Assembly: GCF_964204645.1 (NCBI RefSeq)
Contig: NC_134031.1
Span: forward strand, 6,262,001-6,326,000
Length of the DNA: 64,000 nt
DNA from: Tubulanus polymorphus
Lineage: Eukaryota; Animalia; Nemertea
Direction: 5' to 3'
Within the stretch, counting starts at the first letter, position 1; each line of letters opens with the position of its first letter. Position numbers and translations under genes: made by a program. Positions 1-12,438 of this stretch are shown piece by piece. The notes below the pieces were generated by a model. It did not search any database, was not told the DNA's origin, and was given only the letters and a program-made list of their open reading frames with translations.

Positions 1-107
1 GAATATTTTCAAATATACTTAGCACGGTTGTATTGGAAATGTATTGCAATTGAATTGTTGTGTAGTCGGAATTATGTTATGCAAACGGGTTTTATAATTC
101 AACAGAC

Positions 108-1900
108 GTTTTTGTAAACAAGATCCAGCGTTTTCATGTCTGGAGGAACTTTCGTCAGTTTAGGCTTGTCGAGCAGGTACAGCGTCTTCGTTCCGCGGGT
201 GTGGCCGTGGTAATGTACTTTGGTCTCGTCGGAGGGATCGGTATCCGAGTAAGAATACACGATTCGCATAGCACTTTCCTGTGAAGAGATACGTAGATTT
301 TTATGATCGGTTTTTTTTACTTGTGAAAGTGGAGAAAGATATAAATCCACTCTATCAATGCGCATGCTAGATCTTTTCTGGTATCGGGCAGAAATCGTTT
401 AAGATTTTTTATCCCATCGAATTTAAAATCCTTTATACTACATCACTCACCTGTATTTCGATGTCGTTTTCCTTATCGCATGTGTCGAGATTTCGTCTGA
501 AAACGAGTGTCGTTTTACCATCCGTTTCAGCACCCCGCAACAAATGCCAATCTTGCGATGTATCTATGATTGGCATGCCAATGCTAGTCGGGGCGTATCG
601 ATCCTAAATTCGGGAGGCAAAATATTATAGAAACTTTCCGTTCAGAAATTGATATTGAAATTGAAATTGATAGCTTGATATCGTGTCCGTCGAAAAATAC
701 GTTTAAGATATCTATACCCAATGTTCACCCATATCAAACTTACAACTTATGCAGCTATCAACCTGCACACACTTTGTACACACAACCCCAGGCTGCAACC
801 CCCCTCAGACTTTCGACTGACATTCACCATTTTTGCGAAACATGTTCGTTCGGGCGTTTTTACCCCCTGCGGCGGCAGTACCCCGGACCTTTTTCTTCGA
901 AAATGAATTAGGATGTCATGTCTGAACCATCAAATTTAAACAGACATTCACCATTTGTGAAAAAATGCGTTCGTCCAGACTTCACCGTTCAAAAGGTGAT
1001 TGCCTTGTTTATGCAATTGAGATTTCTTATGAGACATAACTTGATTTATATTTCCCCCGATGATGACTCTTTGTGGAGATTCGAAAAATTTTAGAGCATA
1101 AACTAAATGCGTGCACAATTTTGGGTTACCAGCTATCGTATTATTCGTTTATGTTTTTTTTTTAGATCATTTAGCCAACTATTTTCCGAATATTTTAGAA
1201 TCTATGTTCAACTATCATCATCATGCTATCGTATTTAATGAGCGGAAAAAAATCACGAAAAGGTGCACGTTTGTTGAGCGGTGTTAGTGGTTAGAGGGAT
1301 CGACTCTGAGAATCCAGGTTTTGTGTGTTCGAACCCTGTATATGACGGTAGTGCCCCGGGCAAGAGACTTATCCACATCGCCTCTTTCCACCCAGGAGTA
1401 AGTGGGTACCTGGTCTGCCTCCTGGGCGCCTAGTATAGCTGCTCGCACGTAACTTCTCCCCGGGTAGAGATGACTGTTACATGGTAAGAGTTATAGGCTG
1501 GGGGGTAATAATACCGATTTAATGCAAAGCGCTGTTAAACATTGTATCGGTGGAAAGGTCTCAAAAGAAATTTAATTACTACGTCTATATCGCTAGATTT
1601 ACGTACGTGAAACATAGGTGTTCCATCCTTGGTCACCCACCCGATCACCATATCTGAGCCTTTCATTGATCCGGTCGGAGACAAACCGAAACCGACGTAG
1701 CCAGTAGTCTCCACCGTCACCTTAAACGTGAGGAATCTCTTCCGGGGTTCGTCGGACTGGTCGTAGCGCCATTCTAACGAGTACTTCTTCGCGTCGCCAT
1801 CGAGAAACACTTTGTTGGGAAAGATTATCTGGCAATTTGCATCTTGGAAAAACGCCAGGGCTATCGCCAATGATATCGCGGATATAAGCAGGCTCCTCAT
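108..1900 (-). CDS. DBH-like monooxygenase (MOXD1-like), N-terminal DOMON part; gene continues past the window start
   Basis: Exons 1900-1607, 603-451, 278-108, all phase 0 with AG/GT borders (the last donor GTCTGT is weak). Signal peptide MRSLLISAISLAIALAFF. DOMON motifs GYVGFGLSPTGSMKGSDMVIGWV, QDWHLL, TTLVFRRNLDTCD, YHGHTRGTKTLYLL. The catalytic copper domains are not in the window. Confidence 0.85.
1276..1560 (+). mobile_element. tRNA-derived SINE with Deu/Nin-type core and L2-like tail, in intron 1 of the DOMON gene
   Basis: A-box-like GTGTTAGTGG and B-box GTTCGAACC. Core gtgccccgggcaagagactta...ccacccaggagtaagtgggtacc. Tail gcaaagcgct. Confidence 0.7.
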
Positions 1901-2790
1901 TTTGCGTTAATCTGAATATTTAAAATCATCGTTAACTGTGTATGTTCCAACAAGATGTTTTCGTTCCAGTCAGAATTTTAATCAACTATAGTAAAACCTA
2001 TGGTACATAGGAATTTTGCTGAGAGAGCTTTTCAATTTACTGCGCCTGAACTTGTGAACGTTCTGCCTAGTCATATTAGATCTAGTCCTACGGTCGAAAC
2101 TTTTAAATCAAACCCGAAAACATAACCTCTTAAACGAACCTATTTGCCTTAAAGTTTTTTAACAAATCGACAATTTCGGAATCTCAATGTAAAGTGCAAA
2201 AATTACTATGTAGATAGTGCGCTATATCAAGAAAATAAATCATTATAATTATGAATATTGAATGATGCTAATCACTGTATTGAATTAGTTCGTTAACCAA
2301 GGCGAATGAAATTATAGGTGAAAATCCGCAAAAAGCAACAGCAGTAAAATGTAAGTAATATAAGGAATATACGTCAAACAACTTGAAATGCCAAAAACTT
2401 GAAATATCATAACGCTAAAACCTAGTATCAAAAATAAATCAAATACCTAAATATCATTATCAAGAAACCATAATGATTCCTTGATAATGGTTTTTAGATT
2501 TTAGTTGAAAACCGAAAATTTGGATCTTTAATGATGAATTTTAATCTTACGATATTTTTAATTTTTATTAGCTTCGTGATTGTAGGACTTATATTGAAAC
2601 TCTTCTTCCGCGATTTAAAGTTTTTCCTCGTCAGTAGAAATTTCAGTTTCAAATAAGGTTTTTCAGATTTAGACTGTAAAAGCTTCGCGAAGCTCAAAAA
2701 CCCGATCCCTAAATAAACAATATACATGAAAATGGATAGAGCTTCTAATTCTGAATGTATTTGAATGATTATCCACGGTATAGTATCGAA

Positions 2791-2915
2791 CTTTGCACTT
2801 TGCCCGAAGATAGAAAATGTAGCTCCCGAAAACATTTGTGCAAAGAATTTATTTACTATGAAAATGAGATTTTACTGTTTCTACTTTGATGGATTTTCAC
2901 CTATCTGACCTCTGT
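2791..2915 (+). repeat. Penelope-type terminal relic with a degenerate hammerhead-like motif (copy 1)
   Basis: Aligns by eye with the reverse complement of 26521-26650. CCGAAGA...CTCCCGAAAAC, flanked by complementary CTTTGCAC/GTGCAAAG. Confidence 0.5.
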
Positions 2916-4115
2916 ATATACCCGAGATTTACGAATGAAACTATACTGTTTCGAATTCTGACAAATGATTGATTGGAATTTTAAAAAACGAAGTCTGTTT
3001 TCGGTTTGGAATCAAATTCTTACCAAAGTTACTGATATCCTTTTGAAAATAATTGATGTTCATTTAACACTGATGCGTTTTGATTGCCTGTTTGTCTATA
3101 CAACCAGTCCCGTGTGCTTATGCTCGGCGAGTGTCAAGAAAAAATATTCTAAATTTTTTACTTCTGGAAAACCAGTCTTGCTTAACACTCTGTCGTAAAC
3201 ACAATTTCTAATTTTAGTTCCGTAACCGTACCTCACTCTAGGGCGTAAAGAGTATTGAAATCTCAATTATATAGTTTGCACAAAGGGTTTCTTTTCTTTA
3301 TAGCCTCATTTTCTCATTTTGTCGATAAAGTTAAAGGAATTTTAGTTTCACGTCGACATTACAAAAACGGCTATACAAAATATTGAGAGCGAGGTTTAAT
3401 ATGATCTGAGCAATTACAAATAATTCGAAAATGATCGATCCAATGTTACGGAGTAACGCTAAGCCCTCCGCGGTGTTCTGCTGAAATTAGATCACCCTCG
3501 TTGCTAATTAAAAATCTTATTGAATAAATTTGATTTTCAATCACGGTGCACAATTTTTGAGTAACCCAAATAGGGGTATATGTATGTGCATAAGTCTCAA
3601 TCGGTCCCGTGTCTCATCTTCGCTCATCAAGGGATTTGAACCCACTAAGCTTTAAGTCGATCCCCGAACCCATTGACCTCGCGACTCTTTAGAGTCGTTA
3701 CCAGCCGACCAGAATCCAGTCGTGCCAATCACAGCGCTTGTAACAAATCACATTAGGCTTCTGTTGAATTTCCCATTGAATGGACCAATCAGCGAACGTT
3801 AAGCGAACGAGGAAGTATATCGCAAGTTGATATATGACGTCACGCGCAAAAGCGCCAATAATGGAATCTCGCGTCGTTAGGCCAGGGAGTGCCGGAGCGA
3901 TATGGCAGGCGAAGATGAGAATAGACGTTGTAAGTCCTAAAATCTCCACCCAATCAATGTTTTTCTTAAAACTCATAAACGCCCTGGACTCGGGGCCTTT
4001 TTATAGATTTAAACGAAAAGTGACAATCTTATAATTTACGACATAATATATTCAAAATGTCCATAAATTACATGTGGCCTACCCGAGGAATAGATTTTGA
4101 ACTATCGTCATCAAA

Positions 4116-4401
4116 AGCCGCGGTCACACGAGAGCGTTTTGACCCGAGCCAACCATTCACACCGATGCCAAATTGGGTCATACCGGTTCTACTCGAGCAC
4201 ATTTTGGCATCGGACCAAAGAACATCGGATCAGGTAAAATTGCGCGTGAATGCTTTACTGGTTCTGGAAGCAACTCACTTCGCTTTGTCAAGGCATTGTT
4301 ACGAGTGAGTGGTTAAGGATGATCGCACCCTCTAATTAGACACGAACCAAAATTTGACTCGAAATCAGCTTGAGCCAAATCGTACCCGTGTGATCGCCGC
4401 T
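4116..4401. mobile_element. MITE, PIF/Harbinger-like, just downstream of the DNase I stop
   Basis: Imperfect TIRs: left GCCGCGGTCACACGAGAGCGTTTTGACCCGAGC; right (reverse complement) GCGGCGATCACACGGGTACGATTTGGCTCAAGC. Confidence 0.6.
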
Positions 4402-4427
4402 AATGACTATGGAATCCGCTGTAACAT

Positions 4428-7400
4428 TCACGAAGTATGCACCGATACCGTTATCTTGCACGTGATCGGTATTTCAAATCGACACGCAACGGTGATATCG
4501 TAATTGTCATGTAACCAGTGATCTAGACCGTAAACGTACGGCGGCGAACTATGGTAAGACGCTAGACCTTTCGCGTTCAAATTCGAAGACACAACGCTCA
4601 ACGCGTTATTGCTAATAACTCCGGGGAAAGCCCTCTGAAAACATTTCAGCGCGCCCATAACATCGGGTTCGTAGTTCCGTTCGGCTCGAACCTCGTAGTA
4701 TCGCGTTTTGATTTTCAACGGGGTAATCAGGAAATTCGCCCGCGACCTAGCGACGGATTTTTCCTTCCTGTAGATATCGCGTACGCGGTTTTCGTCGATA
4801 GCAAATCCACCTTCAGTTACGGAAAACGACCATTCCATATCCAGTTTTTGTACGACATTCGGGTTTTCTAGAAATTTCGACGAGGTCATATTATATACGA
4901 AATATTTTCAAAAAAGCCTGGATTGACGGAAAGTCATTTCGAATTGGAGACATGTGCTTACTTTTTCCAATGAATCCCATTTCTATTGGATAATGATCGC
5001 TTACGTCATAGACCTGCAATAACAATGTAAACGATGAGCGGGGATGGACCTAGGAAAATAGGTAGATTTCGTTTGGTTTTTTATTTGGTGTCCCTTACAA
5101 ACCCACCACACCTGCTGGGAGCGAATCAGGGGGAAAACATTTTAATGGGGAGGCAGGGGTCCGGACCCCTTATACCAACCCCTAAATCCGCCCCTGATTA
5201 AGGTGCAATTGATGGCCGGTTAAATAAATGTTAAATAAATGTCATCACTAAAAAAAACTGTGGTACACACCTCGGTGTCGTTTAAATTATAGATTTCATC
5301 AAATCTGTATATGTTCGTGAGACCAGGCACAACGGCATCTTGAAGGTTAACTCCCGCTACTACAAATCTAAAAATTCCAATTACCATCATATTATCTATA
5401 TCTATATACACGTGACATTCGATTTGGTGAAGTGTATAAAAGAGATTATCTGCAGTAAGTTTGAGTTCTAGTGACAGAAGAGCCTGTGACAGACGAGGAG
5501 AATTTCATCGGACAATCATTCGCCGTTTCGTCTGCGATTGAATTCGGAAGCAAACAGTTGACTCATTTATGGGATTCGCTGATCAAATGATCACATGATT
5601 CAGTATGTAAGTATTTCAGCGGAGTGAATTTAGCAATCGCTGATTAAAGATTCGTCGATGAGGTCTGGCTTGTTTGATCTGTGCGAGTCGATTTGCCGAA
5701 TTTTTGCCAAAAATTGCCAAAAATTCGCATCAGTTCCCAAACCCGAAAAGTCGAAAAATCGATTCGCCGATGAAATACACTGTCTGTCATGGCCTTAATT
5801 ACGTACTGGTTTTGAAATTACAGACAAGAGCTGATTAGCAATAGCCATCTATGATATATATTACTTCTTTCCTTGTGAGGCGAAAACTTAATATTTTTTG
5901 ATACGAGAAACGAGATCGAAATAGAATGCGCAGACGTTATACGTCACCGCCACCAACAAAACCAAATCACCCGCCATCGTTATTCCGAGGAAGAGTTTGC
6001 ACCCCATAAACTAAGGATTCTGCATTGTATTGCGTGGCGTTGACAACCATATGAATCTAAAAGTCAAAACTTGAAACGCTGAAAAATAGTATTTCGTTCG
6101 CGAAACATATCATACCTATCATAAGCGCAATCTGTGTTTCCAGTAGTTGTGTCTGCGCAGTTGTCCAACAACCAATAAAATCGATGATCTCTTGACAGAG
6201 TTACTTTTGGCCAATCGCGACTTTTAAGGAAATCACAATCAGCGTTGAAATCTCCCAGGATCATTATATCCTTAAAATACAATTTTCGAACAGGTTTTTG
6301 TTCTATTTTGTTTCAGTCAAATTTTTCAAAACGTCTCAATGCAATGACTTTTTGTTTGTTTCGTTTTGTTTGCTATCCACCATATCATCAGAGAGCTTTT
6401 TAAAGTTATTGTTGCACGATATATTTCCTCCGATGCTAGATAAGTTTTCTTGAAATTTACATCGTTTATTGTCAAGTCAAATTTCAAGTCCTACGATGGA
6501 CTTTTAGAACTTTCAGAGCTATTCTAATCGAGGAGAGTTACAAATCTTGGTGGGCTAAGTTCATATATTTACCTCTAAATCCCACATTTTCCGAACCTTC
6601 TCATAAACCAACGTAAGATTGTTTAGTTCATTAACTACGTCATCTGGTCTCGTGTGTGTGGCAATCAGTGCAAAATCCTCAACATCTATTATGCGAATAT
6701 ATGACCCATAAACTGTCGATCTTTTACATATAAAAATCATTTGTATGCATCTACGAACCTTTGATGCATCTATGAACCTTCAGATTGTTTTTGATGTAAA
6801 ATAATTCATGAAAATCTCAAATCGGGAGGCGCAAAGCCCACCGCACACGATCGAAAATTGCGCACGCAAATTGTGCTGTGCATACTAGGCGTTCGCCGCA
6901 CACTCTATGCTCAAATGAGCTGTGATATGCATAAGCATCATGCCTTTCACAATGCTCCCCTTGATGCAATACCCTCAATCTGGACTTTTTGCGACGGAGA
7001 AGTATTAAAGCAGAAGAATTCCGTCATATTCATGTACATTCGACAAGGATGACGGTGCTTGTAAATGGTGCACACGTATAGCGACTGTCTACGCGGGTAA
7101 CCTCGTGTTGTCGGCCTTTTAAAGCTTTGAACAGAACGACTTAATCATTCAACAAAATGAACTTCTCTTCTGAAACGCATCTTTTTTTTAAAGTTATAAA
7201 ACGTATATAATGCTATAAAAGTGTATACAGCCGTGTGTTCTATTCGCGCTGCTTTTCGTTTTGCTTCAGGCAATTTGATTACGGATCGACATTTCAATAC
7301 AGGCCTCAATGAAATCTTACAATTCAATTCGTTTCAAAAGAAGTGTTCATTTCGATCATATGAACTCATCGTTCTGTAATTTCTAGAGTTTTAGAATGAA

Positions 7401-9387
7401 ATTATTAATCACATATTCATTACAGTCTGTATTACTCAATATACATCAAGCATTTTACCTGCTTCATGCGCCGTTACCCGTACTGAGAACGGCGGTCTTT
7501 CGAACCCGTCCCCATTATCTTCATATTGGTACGTATCAGCGATTGTCACTCGATCCGTCCTAAAACATGCAAAAGTTTTTACATTCGCCTGATTAATTGA
7601 GTTCGATGGTCCAAACATTCCATTTTCTATTTATGAACGTTTGATTGCCATAAAATGATAATGTGATCTAAAAAAACACATCTTTAAAAGGATTCTCACC
7701 GGAGGCCAATACATAGGTATGGAACTCATGGTTTTCTTAAAAATTCACGAATTCTTAACGTTAGATTTTTTTTTCATATACATATCTATTTTTTTCTCAG
7801 TTTTTACTTCGAAAAACCTGCGATATCTGTTAATCAAAATTGAACATTTTATTTCTACGAATATGTCAAACGCTCGGCGAGAGGCGTTCTCAATCTTTCA
7901 CACAAAGACCAGCAGCCATTTCATTCACCATAATGAAAGGTGGAAATTTTTTATCGCATTAATCGATCGCACAGTTTTTCGCCGCCGGCTATATCAGGAT
8001 AAAGCGCGTCTCCATACCTGTAAATGAATGCGTATTGTTCTTTGTTTTTTGAACGCCCGACTCTGTCACTAATCGATATGTCGTATGGCAATCCCGCCTC
8101 ATTTCTAGAACAGATATAAACAAGTATTACTGGGTCAAGAAAGAGAGATCATTTCGATTGGAACAAACGACAGCGTATACGTACTTATTGATTATTTTCA
8201 GAAGGTCCCAAATGGCTTTGTCCTTGGAATCCTGTACTTCGACGATCAAGGTTATATCATTTCTCAGAACAACCTACAGTTTTGATGTATGAATAAGGAG
8301 TGCATGCATCTCATTTTATCTGATATTTTTTCAGCAGTTCAGACTATGAGCCAATTTCGACTAAACTATCGGCTTGTAAATGAAGAGTGATGTAATAAAC
8401 AGTGATTACTTCTAAGTACAATTAGTCAAATAATAGATTATTGAGTTCTAGCCGAACAACTGTGGAAATCACGGGTGTTTTTAAGCCAAGAACTTGAAAA
8501 GTTTCAATCGATCGAAAATTTGCCCTTGAATTTAGTAGTTAACACGTGGAGACCATGTAGCAGGACAGGAAGTGAAGAAACATGTAGTTTTTGTAAAACA
8601 AAACGATTCCCACCTGGAAGTTTGCAACACAGAACCTGGCAAAATTTTAAATCGTAACCAAAGTGCTGTGGGCTAAATACCCATTCTACCAACTGATCCA
8701 CAGCGGCTTTCCGCGTCTTTGTAATGTAGTAGAGATAGTATAGATGGCGCATGTGTAGGTCGACTTCGAAATTTCCTCGATTGATAAAAATCATTCGTTT
8801 ATTACAACCGGTACAGTATAGATATTGAATGATCAGCTGCGTGCGACCTTCTACCCATACTCCATGACCTATATGGCCACTCATCTTATATCTAATGCGC
8901 CCAAGATGCTCCATACACAATCTTGTCACAGTAGACGATTAGACAGTGGGTTTCGGGGAAAAATACATTCGTACAGTTCAACAATTGGCCTAATCTTTAA
9001 CGCATAGAATAAAAAGCCAAAATGTTATAGTTAAAAAAGGATAATTCAGGCAAAATGAAAATGAAAGAAATTTTCAATACTTACCTCTGAAATAATCGGA
9101 ATGGCGTGTGGTTTCTTCATTCGTTCCATGCCAAACTTTCTTACATTGAAAGCTGCTACCTTAAACGGCTTTTCGGCTAGTTTAGGAAGGTCCGATAGGT
9201 CATCGTGTAACCGATAGTTGGTTGGGTGGGGAAGCGATTTGTGTTCGTTGGCGTGCCACTTAACTCTGCCTGAGTTTTCACCGATGGATTTCCTAATATG
9301 CGCGCTTTCCGCAATTTTAGACGTACCAACATCTTGAAAAAGAGAAAAGCTCACGCAAACAACCAGCAACAGTTCCTTCAATTCCAT
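4428..9387 (-). CDS. Secreted deoxyribonuclease I family protein with C-terminal extension (~478 aa, 9 exons)
   Basis: Exons 9387-9085, 8273-8185, 8104-8018, 7559-7459, 6685-6573, 6270-6116, 5367-5271, 5013-4962, 4867-4428; all GT-AG and phase-consistent. Motifs KVAAFNVRKFG, IVEVQD, GRSKNKEQY, FERPPF, ATHTRP, MILGDFNADC, CAYDR, VSDHYPIE. Confidence 0.93.
5480..5796. mobile_element. MITE, Harbinger-like, in a DNase I intron
   Basis: Left GCCTGTGACAGAC...TTTCATCGG matches the reverse complement of the right end, GGCCATGACAGAC...TTTCATCGG. Confidence 0.55.
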
Positions 9388-9911
9388 ATTCACACGCGCA
9401 GGTCAAGCAATGATGCACGAACAATGTTTTCAATAAACCAAATCCTCGTCGATGGGTTTTATGTTTTTTTGATTAATACGTCGTTCTCAATTCGAATATG
9501 AAGAACGATTCATCAACATCGAGATAAAAGTCGGACAGATTCTATGAAACTGTCCACGAAAGGATTGATAGCTGAAAAATGATCCACTATCAATGGGAAG
9601 TTACCAGCTTGGTATAATGGCAGCTATGTAGAGTACCGTATAGGCTTATGAAAACTGATAAATTATAATGATAAAGTTTAAAGGAAGGTGAATACTATAA
9701 ATGATAACCAGAGAAGTCCGTAACGTTTCCGTACTATACATGCACAATCGAATTGTTTTTTGAATGCAGAATTGAATGGACTATTGGAAATATCATTCTT
9801 CTTTGACGGTATATTCGGAATGATCGAACTTAATGAATTAATTATAACTAGTTTGTATTTGAATGTAGACTTTATTGTCACCATCCGCATCAATCAGTGT
9901 ACACCATAAAA

Positions 9912-12438
9912 TCAAAGTAAACTGCACGACTCATTTTCAACATTGTTAGTTACAAGTTCTCTTCTGTTATCTGCGTGGTGTCCCGTCCAAAGTCCGATCG
10001 GCTTCGCTTCATTGAGCACAAAGTATATCACATCAAGTCCATGATGGTTAATCGTCGCAGTGCAAGTCGTGTTGTTACTCGCGAAACTTTGACAATCTGA
10101 TTTATGTTTAGCTTCGATGATAGCGGAAGCATATTTTCCAGCGTCCAGCGGAGCAGACAAGTAATCCGTAGTTACCAATTCCAAGCGCAATTCTGGAAGA
10201 GCTGAAATGTATCAAATGTACACGTTAGCTTACATCATACTTCTTGGTTACCGGTGATTTTATTGACGCTGTCAAAACCGTTACAACAATGTTTTTAGTA
10301 TGCGTTATTCAAAGGGGTTCTGTTTGGATGTGTGCACTACGTCAACAATATTGGTATTCCAAAATAAAAATCAAAATTGTATAGTTTGACGTTCATTTCG
10401 TATTTAGATACATTTTATACTCTTTTCATATCTTTTTGATGATGGATTTTTGAGTGGATGTGCCCTATACGTCATCAATTTTGCGGCTAACCCGGTTAAA
10501 CTGGTTGCCGGCCATCATTTAAAACTAAGATTCAATTCACCTTTGGAAAATATTTGTAAAGCAGGAAATACGGACTTCGCGTCGAGCATGTGAATCTTTA
10601 GGAAAAGAATGTTCATATCTCTGTGGTAATCTGCTTCGTCGTACATGCCTGACATCAACCCTTTCACTGCAGCTGTCAACCAATGGCTCTGATTTACTCT
10701 TTCTATCAGCTGTTGCGCCCAAAATGGACTGTAATATATAAGAATCACTAAAACTAATATTGGAAAATATATAATATATAAATATGTAGAATGAAAGAAA
10801 ATATATACTCATGGAGTTATCATATCGGTTTTCGATAGAGGAAACACTGAATCATTTACTATGGATAGTTAACACTTAAGAAGGCTAAACACTAAGGCTC
10901 TCGTTTCTCCTTAGTCGGGACATTTTGTAATACGCAATAAAAACGCAATAAATAATCACTTCATTTCTATAGCTGTCGGTGTGTTATGGTAAAATTGTAC
11001 AGGGTGATAGGTGGTGAGCCGGGTAAATCTTAAAGCTAAGCAAAAAGGAGAAATAAGATATCAATATTATCCTCGCTTACCCATTATCGTCAATGAATTC
11101 ACCGAAAGAAACCGAAGTCTCCGCATCTATGACCAGCTGGCGAAACAACTGTGTATACAGGCAAAAACCTGAAATCGTGTATACAGAATATCACAATCAA
11201 ATCACAACAACGATGGAAATAGAGTAGGCTCACTTATAATGATGATGATGATGGTGGTGGTGGAGGTGGTGGTGATGGTGGTAATAGTGGAGGATGTGAT
11301 GGTGGTGGTGATAGTGGTGATGATGGTGGGGGTGATGGTGGTGGTGGAGGCTGTGATGGTGGTGATGGTGGATGTTGTAATGTTGTGGTGGTGATAGTGG
11401 TGATGATGGTGGTGATGGTGGGGGATGTGATGGTGGTAGTGGTGATAGTGGTGATTAAGCTGGTGATGATGGTGGTGGTGGAGGTTGTGATGGTGGTGAA
11501 GGTGAATGTTATGATGGTGGTGGTGGTGATGGTGATGGTGAAGGTTGTGATGGTGGTGATAGTGGTGATAATGGTGATGGTGATAATGGTGATGGTGATA
11601 ATGGTGGTGGTGATGATGATGGTGGTGGTGATGATGGTTGTGGTAGTGGTGGTGGTGATAGTGATGGTGATGGTGGTGGTGATAGTGATGGTGGTGGTGG
11701 TGATGATGATGGTGGTGGTGACGATGGTTGTGGTAGTGGTGGTGGTGATAGTGATGGTGGTGATGATGGTGGTGGTGGTGACGATGGTTGTGGTAGTGGT
11801 GGTGGTGATAGTGATGGTGGTGGTGGTGATAGTGATGGTGGTGATGGTGGTGGTGGTGATGGTGGAGGTTGTGATGGTGTGGTAGTGATGATGATGATGA
11901 TGGTGGTGGTGATGGCGGAGGTTGTGATGGTGGAGGTTGTGACGGTGGAGGTGGTGATGGTGGCGGTGGTTGTGGTGATAGTGGTGATGGAGGTGGTGGT
12001 CTTCTTTGATTTTAACACTGTTCAAGTCTTCGACACTTTAAACCTCGACACATGAAAACATAGAAATATAGCACGTGAAAATATCTTACCAATTTTCTTC
12101 CAATCCGGACTTGAATATGTTTCTTGTAGAAGGGTATCGAGTTTTTTCTCGTCTAGCATGGTATATATTCCATACTGATCTTCATTTTCCACGATTGCCT
12201 TTGATGTCATTAACACAGCTAGATGTTTAAAATCATACCACGCAACGCCTCCAGGAATGTGGTGATGATTCTCGTCGTCTTCGGCCGTTCCGTGCGCGGT
12301 CAATATGGCTTTCACTTGTGGCAGCGTAGCGAGGTAAGACATCAGTACATTTCTCGCTTTGATCGTCACAATATCTGTATCACCGCGAACTGGGGATAAC
12401 CGCAACAATATATCCACATTCAATCTCCCAGTCTCCAT
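9912..12438 (-). CDS. Uncharacterised protein ending in a CaaX motif (CSLL); open 4-exon part of ~304 aa, true 5' end uncertain
   Basis: Exons (ATG 12438)-12090, 11168-11081, 10728-10541, 10201-9912. Donors GTAAGA, GTAAGC, GTGAAT and CAG acceptors with matching phases 1, 2, 1. No stop codon in 304 codons. Confidence 0.75.
10262..10514 (+). mobile_element. Dispersed repeat, possibly HINE/Helentron-like (other copies at 17855-17945 and 33041-33300)
   Basis: Shared start ttgacg..gt.aaaaccgt.acaa.aatgtt. This copy and the 33 kb copy also share internal actacgtca.caatattgg and 3' ctggttgccgg. Confidence 0.6.
11238..12000. repeat. ~760-bp degenerate (GGT/GAT)n trinucleotide repeat, intronic
   Basis: Directly visible. 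It lies inside the 11169-12089 intron of the CaaX gene and explains the poly-T/H/P/V ORFs. Confidence 0.95.

Noticed and set aside
3620-3690. Possible tRNA gene on the minus strand
   Set aside because: A B-box is present but the acceptor and T stems do not pair; SINE-like or decayed.
8504-8929. 141-aa ORF in DNase I intron 1
   Set aside because: No ATG start, no recognisable motif, and not needed for the gene model.
11234-12025. Long poly-His/Thr/Pro and Val/Met ORFs (mucin- or extensin-like)
   Set aside because: They are by-products of a trinucleotide repeat inside a phase-consistent intron.
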